DNA of 64,000 nucleotides from Mobula hypostoma (Eukaryota), in assembly GCF_963921235.1 (NCBI RefSeq), contig NC_086097.1, positions 119,910,001 through 119,974,000 on the forward strand, read 5' to 3'. This document shows, piece by piece, positions 38,749 through 50,115 of the stretch (the first letter of the stretch is position 1; each line of letters begins with the position of its first letter). The notes beneath the pieces are model-generated. The model saw only the letters and a list, made by a program, of their open reading frames with translations. It was not told where the DNA came from and did not search any database. A program made the position numbers and the translations under genes.

Positions 38749-39665
38749 AATAATATAATGGCATTAAAACTCACTGCAAAGTTAATGCCCCTTTCCAATG
38801 TTCAAATGGTTTGGAACTTTAACTGTGTTATAAGACACAAGGGGAAACAGCTGAAATCTTGTGCTGATGAAGCACTATCCAACAAGGGGTCCCTTGACTG
38901 CCTTTGTGCTCTCACTTTGCAAGTGAGTATTGTGTGATAACTATCTCAGTGCATTGAACTTGCTTCATACTTAACCATGAATGAAAGACTGAGGAAATAG
39001 CTTAAAAAGTTAATTTGATCTTTCTTTCCAAGGATTCTTCTGTTTTATTTATGAGGAATAGCATTTGTTCAATTTGTAAATTCCTATTTATTTCATTGCA
39101 AAAATCATACTTAAAAGTAATTTTTACACACTCTAGATTGAGGCTTTAAGACATTGGTTAGACCACATGTGGAGTATTGTGAGCTGTTTTGGAACTCTTA
39201 TCTAACAAAGGATGCACTGCCTTTGAAGGTGATCCAGATGATGTTTACGAGAATAATCTCGGGAAAGAAAGAGTTAACGTATGAGGAGCATTTGATGGCT
39301 CTGGGCCTGTACTCAATGAAAAGAATGAGGGGGATCTCATTGAAACCTATGAAATATTGAAAGGCCTAGACAGAGTGGTGTGGAGAGGATATTTCCAATA
39401 GTAAGAAAGTGGAGGGTCAGAGGGCATAGCCTCAGAATGAAAGGACATCCATTTAGAACAGAGATGAGGAGGAACAACTTCAGCCAGATGTTGATGAATC
39501 TGTGGAATTCATTGTCACAGATATCTGTGGAGGCCAAGTCATTTGGTATATTTAAAGTGGAGTTGGATTGTCTATTGATTAGTAATAGTGGCAAAGATTA
39601 TGGGAAAAAGGCAGGGGAATGGCATTGGGAGGGATAATACATCAGCCATAATCAAATAGAGTCAA

Positions 39666-40434
39666 GCAACACACACAATGCTGGTGGAATGCAGCAGGCC
39701 AGACAACATCCATAGGAAGAAGCACAATCGACATTTCGGTCTGAGACCCTTCGTCAGGACTAACTGAAAAAAGAGATAGTAAGAGATTTGAAAGTGGGAG
39801 GGGGAGGGTGAGATCAGAAATGATAGGAGAAGACAGGAAGGGGAGAGAGGGAGCTAAGAGCTGGAAAGTTGATTGGCAAAAGGGATACAAGGTTGGAGAA
39901 GAGAGAGGATCATGGGAGGGGAGGCCTAAGCAGAAAGAAAGGGGGAGGGGAGCACCAGAGGAATATGGAGAGCAGGCAAGCAGTTATAGTGAGAGGGACA
40001 AAGAGAGAGTGAAAAAAAGAGAAAAATAAATAAATAACGGATGGGGTACGAGGGGGAGGTGAGGCATTAGCGGAAGTTAGAGAAGTCAATGTTTATGCCA
40101 TCAGGTTGGAGGCTATCCAGACGGAATATAAGGTGTTCCTCGAACCTGAGTGTGGCTTCATCTTGACAGTAGAGGAGGCCATGGACAGATTTTCCAGCTC
40201 TTAGCTCTATCCCTCCCCCTCCTGTCTTCTCCTATCATTTTGGATGTCCCCCTCCCCTTCCCACTTTCAAATTTCTTACTATCTCTTCTTTCAGTTAGTC
40301 CTGACGAAGGGTCTCGACCTGAAACGTCGACTGTGCTCCTTCCTATGGATGCTGTCTGGCCTGCTGCGTTCCACCAGCATTTTGTGTGTGTTGCTTGAAT
40401 TTCTAGCATCTGCAGATTTCCTCGTGTTTGCGGT
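39666..40434. mobile_element. Inverted double-3'-end Penelope-like insertion
   Basis: Minus arm to ~40189 reaching the GIY-YIG end, plus arm ~40190-40434; TSD ATCAAAT(A/G)GAGTCAA at 39651-39665 and 40435-40449. Confidence 0.9.
40296..40333 (+). ncRNA. Minimal hammerhead ribozyme (PLE)
   Basis: TAGTC-CTGACGA-AGG..CCT-GAAACGTC-GACTG. Confidence 0.85.
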
Positions 40435-40614
40435 ATCAAATGGAGTCAACTCAATAAGCCAAATTGCTTAATTCTCCTCTTATGTCTTATGGTCACTTGT
40501 GCTAATTTCTGAATGAATCTGTGCCCAGAATGAGAATGATCCGTGCACTTTTGTGTTCAATTCAATACATTTTTTTCCGACAAAATATTTGTTTATCACG
40601 TCCTGTTATGGAAA

Positions 40615-40915
40615 TAGATTACCAGAAGAACAGACTCAAGGATGTCTTCTTGAAGAAATGCAGCATCCCTCCTGACGACTGGAAAGCTGCAGTGTCTAAC
40701 TGACCTGTGGAGCAGAATCTTTCACAATGCTATTGAGAAAGTCAAGATCGTGCAGCATGCACACTAAATCTCTCTGGAAATGGCAGAAGGTGCACACATC
40801 ACCTCATGGAAAACATACCCACCAGATGTCTGTTGCCCCATCTGTAGAGGAGGCTGCGATTCACAGATTGGCCTAATCAGCCACTTTCAAAACCCACAAA
40901 ACTGGACTGGAAGCA
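40615..40915 (+). mobile_element. RTE-clade LINE C-terminal remnant
   Basis: QKNRLKD...KKCSIPPDDW and CPIC...IGLISH motifs. Confidence 0.65.
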
Positions 40916-41119
40916 AAACCACCTTAAATTAGTTTTGTCTAAAAAGCAAAATGAGAAGAGAGTACAAATATGTGAAATATGAAATTAATAAAATATATTT
41001 GACTACTTAGTTATATTTATGTCTTAATGGGAGAATGCTGACAGAATATACTGCAACTTGTTCAAATGGCTCTTCATTTCCCCCAAAACATGGCAAAGTC
41101 AGCATTTATTTTTTTACAG

Positions 41120-41372
41120 CGTTGGGCAGGTTCTTCTCGCCCTACGAGCCACACTGCCCAGCAATCCCCCAGTTTAATCCTAGTCTAATCATGGGACAAT
41201 TTACAATGACTAACTGATCTACCAATTGGAACGTCTGTGGATTGTGCAAGGAAATCAGAGCACCCAAACAGTCACACGGCGAATGTACAAACTCCTTACA
41301 GGCAGCAGCGGGAATTGAACCCTTGACACTGTAAAGCATTGTGCTAACCACTACGCTGCCATACTGCCCCGG
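41120..41372 (-). mobile_element. tRNA-derived SINE
   Basis: Minus A-box GTAGCGTAGTGG, B-box GGTTCAATTCC, shared core. Confidence 0.75.
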
Positions 41373-41737
41373 TATACTGTCATATCCACTGACTGCCATT
41401 GACAGTGCTCAGATTGTGCTGGGAGCAGCCCACAAGAGTCACCATGCTTTGGCACCAACGTAGCATGCCCACAACTCATTGACATTAAGCAGACAGTATA
41501 CCTTTGGAATGTGGGATGGAACTAGTGCATCCAGAGGGCACCCATGCACTGAACCTACAAACTCATAACAGACAGAAGCATGAATTGAACCCCAGTCTTA
41601 CAGTAGGCACCGTAGTAGCATTATGCTCACCTCTGCACACGGGTGCGAGTCATAAGATGCAATATTATGTCTTGCAAGGTTGTTGAAAGGCCACTTACGC
41701 TATTGAATTAGTGGGACTACCCCAATAATTACATTCA

Positions 41738-41910
41738 ACACACACTAAATGCTGGAGGAACTCTGCAGGTCAGACAGCATCAATGGAGTGAAATAAACAG
41801 TAGATGTTTCAAGCCAAAAACCCATACCGGTCCTGAAGAATGGTCTCGGCTCAAACCATTACCACTGCTCAGTCCCTCCAGTGCTTTGTGTACACTGCTC
41901 TGCATTTCCA
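41738..41910. mobile_element. Old palindromic Penelope-like remnant
   Basis: Minus tail followed by plus CCTGAAGAATGGTCTCGGC and decayed tail; no clear TSD. Confidence 0.5.
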
Positions 41911-42689
41911 AGAGAAGCTTCTGCAGCTTTTCTTGACTGGTTTCCATTATCCACTGTGTTGTGTCTACCATTCTCTGCATTTCTCTGTATCGAAGCATGG
42001 GTGCATTTGTTGCATGAGCCAATGTTTAATCTGCTTCATTATTTGTTCTTTACAGACAATATTGACAGACACCAGGAAGTTGTTCTTTTTCCATCTCTTT
42101 TACATCCACCTGTGACAACAGATGGGGCCTCTGAATGGCACAACTCGGAAAGTGAACTATTCCTTCACTGCAGTGATGGCAGAGATTAGCTGCTCAAGTC
42201 TTCACAGAAGGACTCAAATGGGCATAATCTTCCCCCAGGCTAGAATGTTAACACTGAGCCAAGGCAGACAATTCATCAATTCAAACAAGAGAATTTCATC
42301 AAAAGAATATCACAATGAGTCATCCTTTCCATGTCCAGTGGTCTGAAAAAAGAAGAGACCTGTTTCACAATCTACACAAGGTCATTTGGACACTTGGCTA
42401 GAAATCTGAAATCGATTGATGAACATACTAGAAATATTTAGCAGGTAAGGCAGCTTCTGTGGAGGATGAAACACAGAGTTAATAATTCAGGTCAGTAAGC
42501 TTTCACTGGAGAAGTTTCTATGTGAAATTAGAGTTCAGTCGCTTTTGGAAAATAAAAGTGTAGGGTAATGTAATGGGTGCCAGATGACACATATTGTTCA
42601 TAAAAGGTACTGCTCTACAATATTCACAAACAGCGTCATTGAGTTGTTGTGTTCACTTTCGGACATGGTGTCTGATGTATGTGTAAGGT

Positions 42690-42886
42690 AAACAACAGGA
42701 ATTCTGCAGATGCTGGAAATTCAAGCAACACACATAAAAGTTGCTGGTGAACGCAGCAGGCCAGGCAGCATCTCTAGGAAGAGGTGCAGTCGACGTTTCA
42801 GGCCGAGACCCTTCGTCCTGACGACTGCACCTCTTCCTAGAGATGCTGCCTGGCCTGCTGCGTTCACCAGCAACTTTTATGTGTGT
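42690..42886. mobile_element. Palindromic Penelope-like insertion
   Basis: Near-perfect inverted arms; TSD TGTA(T/A)GTGTAAGGT at 42676-42689 and 42887-42900. Confidence 0.9.
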
Positions 42887-42924
42887 TGTAAGTGTAAGGT
42901 GACTGTTTTTGGTTTTGGTTTGTT

Positions 42925-43320
42925 TGTAATGGAAGGGCTGCAGCTTTTGTTAAGCACATAAAACAACTCACGCTCGTTTGTTTTCACAAAGTCCTACATT
43001 AGTGACCCCAATGCTCTCGGAAGATTCCAGAGTTACTCGATGACATGCTGTCCGAAGTAGCAGCTTTGAAGCTGCTGGAGTTATGGGAGCAGCATTCTAC
43101 CATGTGGTTTGCAGGGGTGGAAGCCCAGTTTGCACTGCGAGAAATCACTGCTGACAATACCAAATTTTACTACATCATAGCATCTCTAAGTAGTGTCACT
43201 GCAGGCAGAGTGGTGAGTGGACGCACCTGCACATGATAAATGTCACTCTGAAAACTCACCCATTACAGATGAATAGACTGTCTGATTCTGAGTGCACCAA
43301 ACACTTGCTGGCCTTGACCA
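42925..43320 (+). mobile_element. Gypsy-type remnant: LTR end, PBS-like site and gag N-terminus
   Basis: ...CTACA then TTAGTGACCCC (42999-43009); LKL...W...WFAGVEAQFALREITADNTKFYY. Confidence 0.65.
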
Positions 43321-43369
43321 CATATCCTTTATTAGATAGCAGGCTCCAAACAGAATATGCTGGTTATAA

Positions 43370-43772
43370 ACTACCATTGGACAGGCAGTACAGGAGCCAT
43401 CAGTCCCACACCACGGGGTTCAGGAACAATTATTACCCTACAACCATCAGGCTCCTGAACTAGGATGGATCATTTCATTCACCTCACCCTTGAAATGATT
43501 ACTGAACACTTCCTACGGACTCGCCTTCAGTGACGACTCATGTTCTCAGTATGTATGTATGTATGTATGTATTTATTTATTTATTTGTATTTGTATTTGC
43601 ATCGTTTGCCTTTGTTTGTAGGTTGGGTGCTTGTCAGTATTTTCTTGTGTGCAGTTTTCCACTGATTCTATTGCACTTCTCTGTGCTACAGTGAATGCCT
43701 GCAAAAAGATCTCAATATGTTGATACAAATGTACTTTGATAATAAATTGACCTTGAACTTGATTTGATTTGG
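43370..43772 (+). mobile_element. Rex1-type LINE 3' end with (TATG)n/(TATT)n microsatellite
   Basis: GFRNNYYPTTIRLLN; AATAAA and TTGA-repeat tail. Confidence 0.7.
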
Positions 43773-43984
43773 TTTGTGTAATCAGTATACAAGACATGAT
43801 TTTCGCTGTACCTTGGTACATCTGGCAATAAAAACAAAAATATCAGTTTGGCTGAATTCATGTTTCAAGTGGATCCTTCAGGTGATTGAAAGGTGCCGCA
43901 ATTCCTTTCCAATTTGTTTTCTTTTCATTACCGGCATAGACTGCTTAGAAATAGATTCATTTCTTGTCTGCTAAGTAAGGAAAC

Positions 43985-44524
43985 TGTCAGTACCTCCAGT
44001 TGAACTCTGTTTTTTTGTGTGTTTCCCCCGAGCCATTATTCTGTGTTTTTTTGTATTGCCGTGTGCTCCTGTCCCCGACCCTGTTCCAGTCCGGTCCCTG
44101 TGTCCCTGATCACTCTGCCCATCACCTGTTTCTCATTATTACCTGTATTGCTGCCACCTGTGTCTCATTGTGCTCCACCTATCATCTGCCTCTCTGTTTA
44201 TCGCTGTGTATTTTAGGCCTGTGTTTTGCCAGATTATGCCAATGAGTTTTCCTGAGCCTTTCCAGCATTCATATCTACACTATGTCCTTCTGAGTATTGA
44301 CCCTGCCTATTTGTTGACTCTGATTTTGCCTGTTTATCTTGATTGTTCTGGTTTTTGACGCTGCCTGTTTCCTGATCCTAATTTTTGGATTTCTCTGGAT
44401 TTTTTGATCTCCGCCTGAACTTTGACGCCGACTTTGTTTGCCCCTCTGGACTTGTTACTCAATAAATATTGAAGTGAGCACAGTGCTTGGTCTCAGATTA
44501 GGTCCCTGCTCCAGCGTCCTGACA
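43985..44524 (+). mobile_element. Solo LTR, 540 bp
   Basis: TGTCAG...CTGACA termini; AATAAA at 44461; GGAAAC duplicated at 43979-43984 and 44525-44530. Confidence 0.85.
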
Positions 44525-44584
44525 GGAAACTATGATCCATTTGATAGACTGTTTCAATCTGACAGGAAAGTGAGAGTAACTCAA

Positions 44585-44790
44585 ATAAACACACACAAAG
44601 CGCTGAATGAACTCTGCAGGTTGGGCAGCATCTATAGAAAAGAATAAACAGTTGATGGTTCAGGCTGAGACCCTTCTTCAGGACAAAGAAGGAAGGGGGA
44701 AGAAGCCAGAATAAAAAGGTGGGGGGGGGTGGAGAAAGAGGCTAGCTGGAAGGTGATAGGTGAATCTAGGTGAAGGGCTGGAGAAGAACT
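44585..44790 (-). mobile_element. Old Penelope-like 3' end
   Basis: Collinear with 35697-35916. Confidence 0.65.
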
Positions 44791-44951
44791 CAAGCCATAT
44801 GTTACAACAGTGGTCTGCAGAAAAGCATCTCTGAATACACAACACACCAAACCTTGAAGTGGATGGGCTACAGCAGGAGCAGACCACTAACATACACCCA
44901 GTGGCCACTCTTTTAGGGACAGGAGGTAGCTAATAAAGTGGCCACTGAGTG
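44791..44951. mobile_element. Tc1-type MITE terminal fragment
   Basis: CCAGTGGCCACT...TAATAAAGTGGCCACTGAGTG. Confidence 0.65.
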
Positions 44952-45059
44952 GAGGTAGGAACATCAAATTGTTTTTTCAAATGAGTAACAAGTGAATAGT
45001 GATATTTTGAAATATGGGGATTCCTCAGATTTTGTCTTGACCTATAGTCTCTTTATTGT

Positions 45060-45295
45060 TAGGTAAGTTTTTTACGCGGAGCGCGGTGAGTGTGTGGAAC
45101 GGGCTGCCGGAGATGGTGGTGGAGGCGGATAGATAGGGTCTTTTAAGAGACTCCTGGACAGGTACATGGATCTTAGAAAAATAGAGGGCTGTGGGTAACG
45201 CTAGGTAATTTCTAAACTAAGGGCATTTTCAGCACAGCTTTGTGGGCCGAAGGGCCTGTATTGTGCTGTAGGCTTTCTATGTTTCTATGTTTCTA
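45060..45295 (+). mobile_element. CR1 3' end
   Basis: GGGCCGAAGGGCC stem and (TTTCTATG)n tail. Confidence 0.8.
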
Positions 45296-46109
45296 AATTG
45301 TGGTTATTTCTAATTATGGTCAACCCTGTGTTATCCACTTGCATTTCTTTCACATCTGCACATTCTTAAAGTTTCAGTAATGTGTATTTGAACAGATAGC
45401 CACCTCAAATGAACAATAAAACCTCAGTTCATTAGTATAAAAATGCAATATCCAAATTTCTGAATTCCTCCCTACAAGATCAGAATGAGAAATGACCATG
45501 ATTTAATTCAAATCAGGAAACTAATTTTATTGTTAAGTGCCTCTCAAAGAAGGCAAATCTTTGGAAGAAGAATATATGAAGTTGAAAATTGACTGGTGTA
45601 TACCTTTTCAAATAAATTACTGCAGTTAACAGTCTCCATTCTTCAATTTGATTAATTTTCTTCAAAAAAAGGATAAATTTATTTGAACAAAACGACTGTG
45701 CTTTATTCGATGCTTGCAGGCACCCCTTACGTATAAAGATTCATGAAGTAATTTTTTTTTCAAATTTGTACAGACTTTTGAAGATATTCTGCGGTTTTTC
45801 AATTGTCCACCAAAGAAGGGAAAATATTAGCATCAAGTTTGATCTGATCTTTGTTCGTGTGCTTATTACAGGAAATTAATTCTTAAATGAATCTTCCTTT
45901 ACTCATATGGCAAGGTACTGTAATTTTCTTCAATGGACCATTCAAACTCAAATCTAAAATGAAGTGAAAAAGAATGATGTGCCTTTGAAAGTTGAACACT
46001 TTGCTCCTAAGCTTCTATACTTGGGCAGTTCTCATTTACTTGTGAACAAAATGATGAGATATGTAAGAAAACAGTCTCCTCTGTGATTCATACTTCCCTA
46101 TTCTTTGTT

Positions 46110-47235
46110 CATGAGAATGATCTCAGGAATGAAAGGGTTAATGCATGAGAAGCATTTACCAGCTTTGGACCTGTACTCGCTGGAGTTCAGTAGAATGATG
46201 AAGGATCTCATTGAAACCTATCACATGTTGGAAGGCCCAGATAGAGTGGATGTTTTGTCCAGTGGGTAAGTCTAAAACCAGAGGGCACAGCTTCAGGATA
46301 CAAGGACATCCCTTTGGAACAGAGATAAGGAGAAGTTTCTTTACTAGAGGGTGGTGAATCTGTGGAATTCATTTCCACAGACAGCTATAGAGGCCAAGTC
46401 ATTGGATATATTCTTTTTTTCAGATTATGAGGACACTTTGTCCTCGTTTATTGTCATTTAGTAATGCATGCATTAAGAAATGATACAATGTTCCTCCAGT
46501 ATGATATCACAGAAACACAAGATAGACCAAGACTAAAAAAACTGACAAAAACCACATAATTATAACATACAATTACAACAGTGCAAAGCAATATAGTAAT
46601 TTGATGAAGAACAGACCATGGGCATGGTAAAAAAAAAGTCTCAAAGTCTCGAAAGTCCCATCATCTCCCGCAGACGGTAAAAGGAAGAAAACTCTCCCTG
46701 CCATGAGCTTCCAGCACCGCAAACTTGCCGATGCAGCACCCTGGAAGCACCCGACCACAGCCGACTCTTTGAATCCGTCCAAAAACTTCGAGCCTCCGAC
46801 CAACCCTCCGACACCGAGCACCGAGCACCATCTCTGCCAAGCTCTTCGACCCCGGCCCCGGCCGCTAAGCACCAGGCAATGCCGAGAATTTGGGGCCTTC
46901 TCCTCCAGAGATTCTCGATCGCACAGTAGCAGCGGCAGCGAAGCGGGCATTTCAGAAGTTTCTGCAGATGTTCCTCCGTGCTTCTCACGTCTGTCTCCAT
47001 CAAATCAGGGTTGTGCATGGCATCCTACTTGATAAATACAGATATCATTCACCGGAGAGGCTGCACATGCTCCTCTTATTTAAAGAGGAGGTTGACAGAT
47101 TCTTGATTAGTAAGGGTGTTAAAGGTTATGGGCAGAAAGCAGGAGAAAGGGATTGATAATAATTCAGCCATGATGGAATGGCGGAACAGACTCAATGGAC
47201 CAAATGGCCTAATTCTGATCTTATGTCTTATAGTC
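46110..47235 (+). mobile_element. CR1 3' fragment with nested element
   Basis: 'ggatctcattgaaacc' block; CR1 resumes at 47077; TCTTATG tail. Confidence 0.85.
46413..47076 (-). mobile_element. ~650-bp non-autonomous retroelement, copy 3
   Basis: Reverse-complement homolog of 10406-11057; short TATT duplication. Confidence 0.9.
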
Positions 47236-47324
47236 TAATGATATTATGGTTTAGAATGCTAAACTAGCGCTAATAATTACTTTTAGGCATCATATGAGAT
47301 GGATTTCCAACAGAGAAGATATAA

Positions 47325-47700
47325 AGAATTATGAGGGGTATAGATAGAGTAAATTCAAGCAGACCTTATCCATTGAGGTTGGGTGAGATTAGAAATAGAA
47401 GCCAAGCACTTGGAGTGAATTGTGAAACGTTTATGGAGAACATCAGGAGAAACCTCTTCACCCAGTGTGTGATCAGAGTGTGGAATGAGCTGCTACAGTA
47501 TATGGTGAATGCAGGTTCAATTTCAACATTTAAGAAGACATTGGATAAGTACATGGATAGAAGAGGTATGCAGGGTTATGGTCTAGGTGCAGGTAGTTGA
47601 GACTAGGATGAATAATAATTTGGTGCAGCCTATTATTCAACTAGTTCAAAAGGCCTGTTTCTGTGCTGGAATGCTTTATGTCTCTCTGAGTCTATGACTT
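47325..47700 (+). mobile_element. CR1 3' fragment (different subfamily)
   Basis: MRGIDRVN...FTQCVIRVWNEL...FKKTLDKYM. Confidence 0.8.
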
Positions 47701-48213
47701 CCCCTTGCTAAGCTCTGGCCAATACATCCATGAAGCACTGGGGCATTAGCATGTGGAAAGTAATGAAGGTCTTTGCAACAGAGTTTGCACATTCTCCTTT
47801 TGTCTTTGTTGGTTTTCTCTGGATACACTGACTTTCTCCCAGGTGCCACAGATTTGCAGGATGACCAGTTAATTGGTCACCGTAATTGGTCACTGTAATT
47901 GTGTGTAAGTAAGTAGCAGAAACTTAGGATGGACTTGAGGAAACTGTGACAGCTTAGGTGCATTACAAACCTTAGGAGTAGTTTTCATTATTTGCTGAGT
48001 GCATTGAGCACTACCCCTTTAGTACAGACAGACTCAATCAGAGCATGGAAGTGGGTCACAAAATTGTACTCCTTTGAGAGGTATTAAATCAATTAACCAA
48101 ATGGTTAATTCTAACTGAATACACCAATAATGGTAATAAGGTAAGAGTATTAATACTCATGTGAATTTTGCAATTGTGAGTGAGTTAATTGTGCATTCCA
48201 GTCACAGCATGTA

Positions 48214-48709
48214 CATGCAATGGCTATTTTATTAGGTACCTCCTGGTCTTCTGCCACTGTAGGCCTTCCACTTCAAGGTTTGAGGTGTTGTGCATTCAGA
48301 GATACTCTTCTGCACATTACTGTTGTAACTTGTGGTTATTTGAGTTACTGTCACCTTCCTGCCAGCTTGGCCATTCACCTCTGACCTCTCTCATCACCTA
48401 GGATCCCAGAACTGCTGCTCAATGTATTTTTTGTTTATTTTTTGCACCACTCTCTGTAAACTCCAGAGTCTGTTATGAATATCCCAGGAGATCTGTAGAT
48501 TTTGAGATTCTCAAACTACCCCATCTGGTACCAACGGTCAAAGCCATTTAGATCTCATTTGTTCCCCATTCTGATGTTTGGTCTGAGCATCAACTGAACC
48601 TCTTGACCATGTGACCATATTTTTATGCATCAAACCACATGATTGGCTGATAGCTATTTGCATTAATGAGCAGGGGTACAGGTGTACCTAATAAATTGGC
48701 CACTGACTG
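48214..48709. mobile_element. Tc1/mariner-type non-autonomous element
   Basis: Degenerate TIRs flanked by TA on both sides. Confidence 0.75.
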
Positions 48710-50115
48710 TATATTCCACACTTTTCAATGCAGCATCACACTGATTCATATAAACTATTAAGTCTTAAGATATGTCCCTATTCTCAACCTACAATGAAGA
48801 AAATTAACAATTACTGCGTGGAATGAGATAACGATGCACTCCTTATCCAAAGTGATCATGTTTTCCCAGTTTGAGTTAATGTCTTCATTATCTTGCGTGT
48901 CCTTTTTCCTTTCTTAGCACTGGAACTAAATTAATTTCGCCTCTTCACGTTACCACAGAAAATGTTCACATCCAAGCCAACCAAGTTAATGAAATTCAGT
49001 CTGGTCTGTGGAATGTAAGTCCATCTGAGTATATGCTATGTTGCCGCTGAAAGCTTTGTGAAACTTTTGGGCTTCCCACAAGATTTGAATTAAAGTTCAG
49101 AGTATGTCACTATATACAGCACTGCCTTGAGTTTCTTATGGGCATTCACAGTGGATACAAAGAAACAATAGAGTCAATGAAAATCCACACGTGACAAAGA
49201 TGGAGAAACAACTAATGTACACATGACAACAAATGGTGCAGATACAAAAAAAAGAAAAAATTAATAAATTTATATGCAATAAACATTGAGAACATGGGTT
49301 GTAGAGTCTTTAAAAGTGAGTTCGTAGATTGTGGCATAAAATTGTTTAATCCATTTAAAAGCCCATTACTTTAAAGGAGATTACACGCTACATAGTGTGG
49401 CCATGGTACTTCAGAAGAAGTACACCAAGGTTTTTTTTATGAGCTGCTAGCAGAAGATCACAATGTATTGCCAGTGCCAGCATGGTGCCTATTTGACACA
49501 TATGATATATTACACTATGTGTACATGTGACAAATTAAACTAAGCTTTATGTTCTTCATCTTTATAAAAAAGTGGAATATCTAGTTTAAATATACTGTAT
49601 TTCTGGGCATGAGAATCTATCATATTGAAAGTGACTGGCTTATTGACTCCTTAATCATGCAGGGGTGATAACAGAACACTTTGTAAATGAAGCAAACAAG
49701 AGGAATTCTGCAGATGCTGGAAATTCAAGCAACACACATCAAAGTTGCTGGTGAACGCAGCAGGCCAGGCAGCATCTCTAGGAAGAGGTATAGTCGATGT
49801 TTCAGGCCGAGACCCTTCGTCAGGAAGAGTTAGTAAGAGATTTGAAAGTAGGAAGGGGAGGGGGAGATCCAAAATGATAGGAGAAGACAGGAGGGGGAGG
49901 GATGGAGCCAAGAGCTGGACAGGTGATTGGCAAAGGGGATATGAGAGGATCATGGGATAGGAGGCCCAGGGAGAAGGAAAAGTGGGGGGGGGGAATCCAG
50001 AGGATGGGAAAAGGGTATAGTCAGAGGGACAGAGGGAGAAAAAGAAGAGAGAGAGAGAGAGAAAGAATGTGTATAAAAATAAATAACGAATGGGGTACGA
50101 GGAGGAGGTGGGGCA

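Larger units (their letters stand above)
39140..40492 (+). mobile_element. CR1 3' fragment with nested PLE
   Basis: VRPHVEYC, RGHSLRMKG; tail TCTTATGTCTTATGGTC resumes after the insert. Confidence 0.85.

Noticed and set aside
41330..41372. tRNA gene
   Set aside because: A/B boxes belong to a SINE head; no full cloverleaf
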